From contig NC_134031.1 in NCBI RefSeq assembly GCF_964204645.1, positions 16,355,807 through 16,419,806 of the forward strand: a DNA stretch of 64,000 bases, in the 5' to 3' direction. How positions within the stretch are numbered: the first letter of the stretch is position 1; each line of letters starts with the position of its first letter. This document shows, one piece after another, positions 62,706 to 64,000 of the stretch. A program made the position numbers and the translations under genes. The notes under the pieces are model-generated. The model was given only the letters and a program-made list of their open reading frames with translations. It was not told the origin of the DNA and did not search any database. This DNA is from Tubulanus polymorphus (Eukaryota > Animalia > Nemertea).

Positions 62706-62995
62706 TGGGGTGGAGCCTGGAAAACCTGGACAAATCAGGGAATCAGAAAAATCTTTAGAAAAAAAATCTGGGAAATTTGACAAATTTTGGGGGCAAAACT
62801 TAGGCATGCTATTGACAGTGTGTTTCTTTTTCAATACGTGATTTGTGAATTATGAATAACTTGTAATATCTTTGATTGAGAAATTTCTCCATTCACCTAC
62901 CACAGATTCATTCAGAGAATTTCATGAGCATAAATTAGGGAAATATAAGAAATACAAATTAGGAATTTGTAAATGAGCAGAAAATGGCCACCCTG
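62706..62995 (+). mobile_element. Related hAT-like element (also a diverged copy near 1520-1758)
   Basis: GGGGTGG..CCTGGAAAACCTGGA..AATCAGGGAA ... TGGCCACCCTG. Confidence 0.55.
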
Positions 62996-63750
62996 TTTGA
63001 GGTTAGATTTGACGAAAAAATGGACCAATTTAAACTACTAAAACAGCTAATTTCTACAGCAGTGGAACTTGATCCTGGTCATCGAAACAAAAAAAAATGT
63101 TCAACATCCCTTCCCCCATCATTGTGCGATAGTCTATCGCCGTCGTCGCGGTGTACGTAGGAGAACGCTGTCACTCGGATGATGAGTCATCCATGTTTTA
63201 TTGTAATAGCCCGTTATTGATATGAACACTCGGCGCATGAATATTTGATAGTAAATGAAAACTAATACGGCAGTTTTCGCTGAAAGAACCAAATGGGCTA
63301 ATCGCTTTTTAAAGCCATCAATTCAATTACCTTCCCATCAATGCGGTCGTTGTCTTTTGTCATAATGAAATATCGGCTTCGCGCACGCGCGCTGAATATG
63401 CTCCAAATAGCCACTGAAGAGAGAGCCAGCGCAAAGTCAATCGGCGTTTATGCCGTAAATTGTGAAAGTAATCCTCCAAATGGACGGACGATCGTTTTCC
63501 TTGAGGAATTTGTTATTTTATGATCAGTCGAATTTGCGAATACTTCGCAACTAGTCGCGATGGCGGCCAACTTTACTTGATGAAAATTCTCGAAAAAAAT
63601 CTCATAAGCTCGCGGATAAGTTTTGAATCAGTATTTAGGTTTATGTTTGGTTCGACTTTATTCTAGATGCATAGCTAGCAAGTGTTCCTGATTTTCGGTA
63701 TTTGTTACTATTCTATAATGAGAAATAAAGATTTGATCTGTTTGATGCGT

Positions 63751-63862
63751 ACAGAAATATGAAAGATATTACTGATGGTCTTACTGTTGATTACTGATTA
63801 ATTTGAACAGAAATATAAAAGATGTTACTGAGGGTCTTGCTATCGATTACTGATTAATTTGA
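63751..63862. repeat. 56-bp tandem duplication
   Basis: ACAGAAATAT.AAAGAT.TTACTGA.GGTCTT.CT.T.GATTACTGATTAATTTGA x2. Confidence 0.85.
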
Positions 63863-64000
63863 ATGATTTCTTTCATATTTCAATGAAATGTTATTGAAAA
63901 AAATTCAATTTATTACTGATAGCATTTTTCAGAGGTTGACAGCCCTGTTGATGCGGTATCAGCGATTATGCTATGGCCTCGTATGTTGTCGAGACCCGTC

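Overview
Eukaryotic (invertebrate animal-type) genomic DNA with spliceosomal GT-AG introns; most entries in the ORF track are spurious. Three protein-coding genes can be rebuilt by hand, each with consistent splice phases. (1) A + strand EF-hand-containing rhomboid serine protease (RHBDL1/2/3 / Drosophila Rho-4 type), exons 2382-7081; its first coding exon was not found. (2) LSM2 on the - strand, complete, 10825-9517, 96 aa. (3) The 5' part of a large RERE/atrophin gene (BAH-ELM2-SANT) on the + strand, nine coding exons 30736-59676, continuing beyond the window. The introns are dense with non-autonomous transposons (piggyBac-, Merlin-, hAT- and Harbinger-like MITEs, some nested), L2-like LINE remnants, minisatellites and microsatellites. 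The most interesting signal is a family of Penelope-like retroelement remnants carrying minimal hammerhead ribozyme motifs (CUGAnGA...GAAACGUH). These include a GIY-YIG-bearing inverted copy in the last rhomboid intron, fold-back 'tail-only' copies with target-site duplications, an apparently intact sense-strand hammerhead in a RERE intron, and a separate 50-nt tandem hammerhead dimer. All calls are by eye; no database search or folding program was run.
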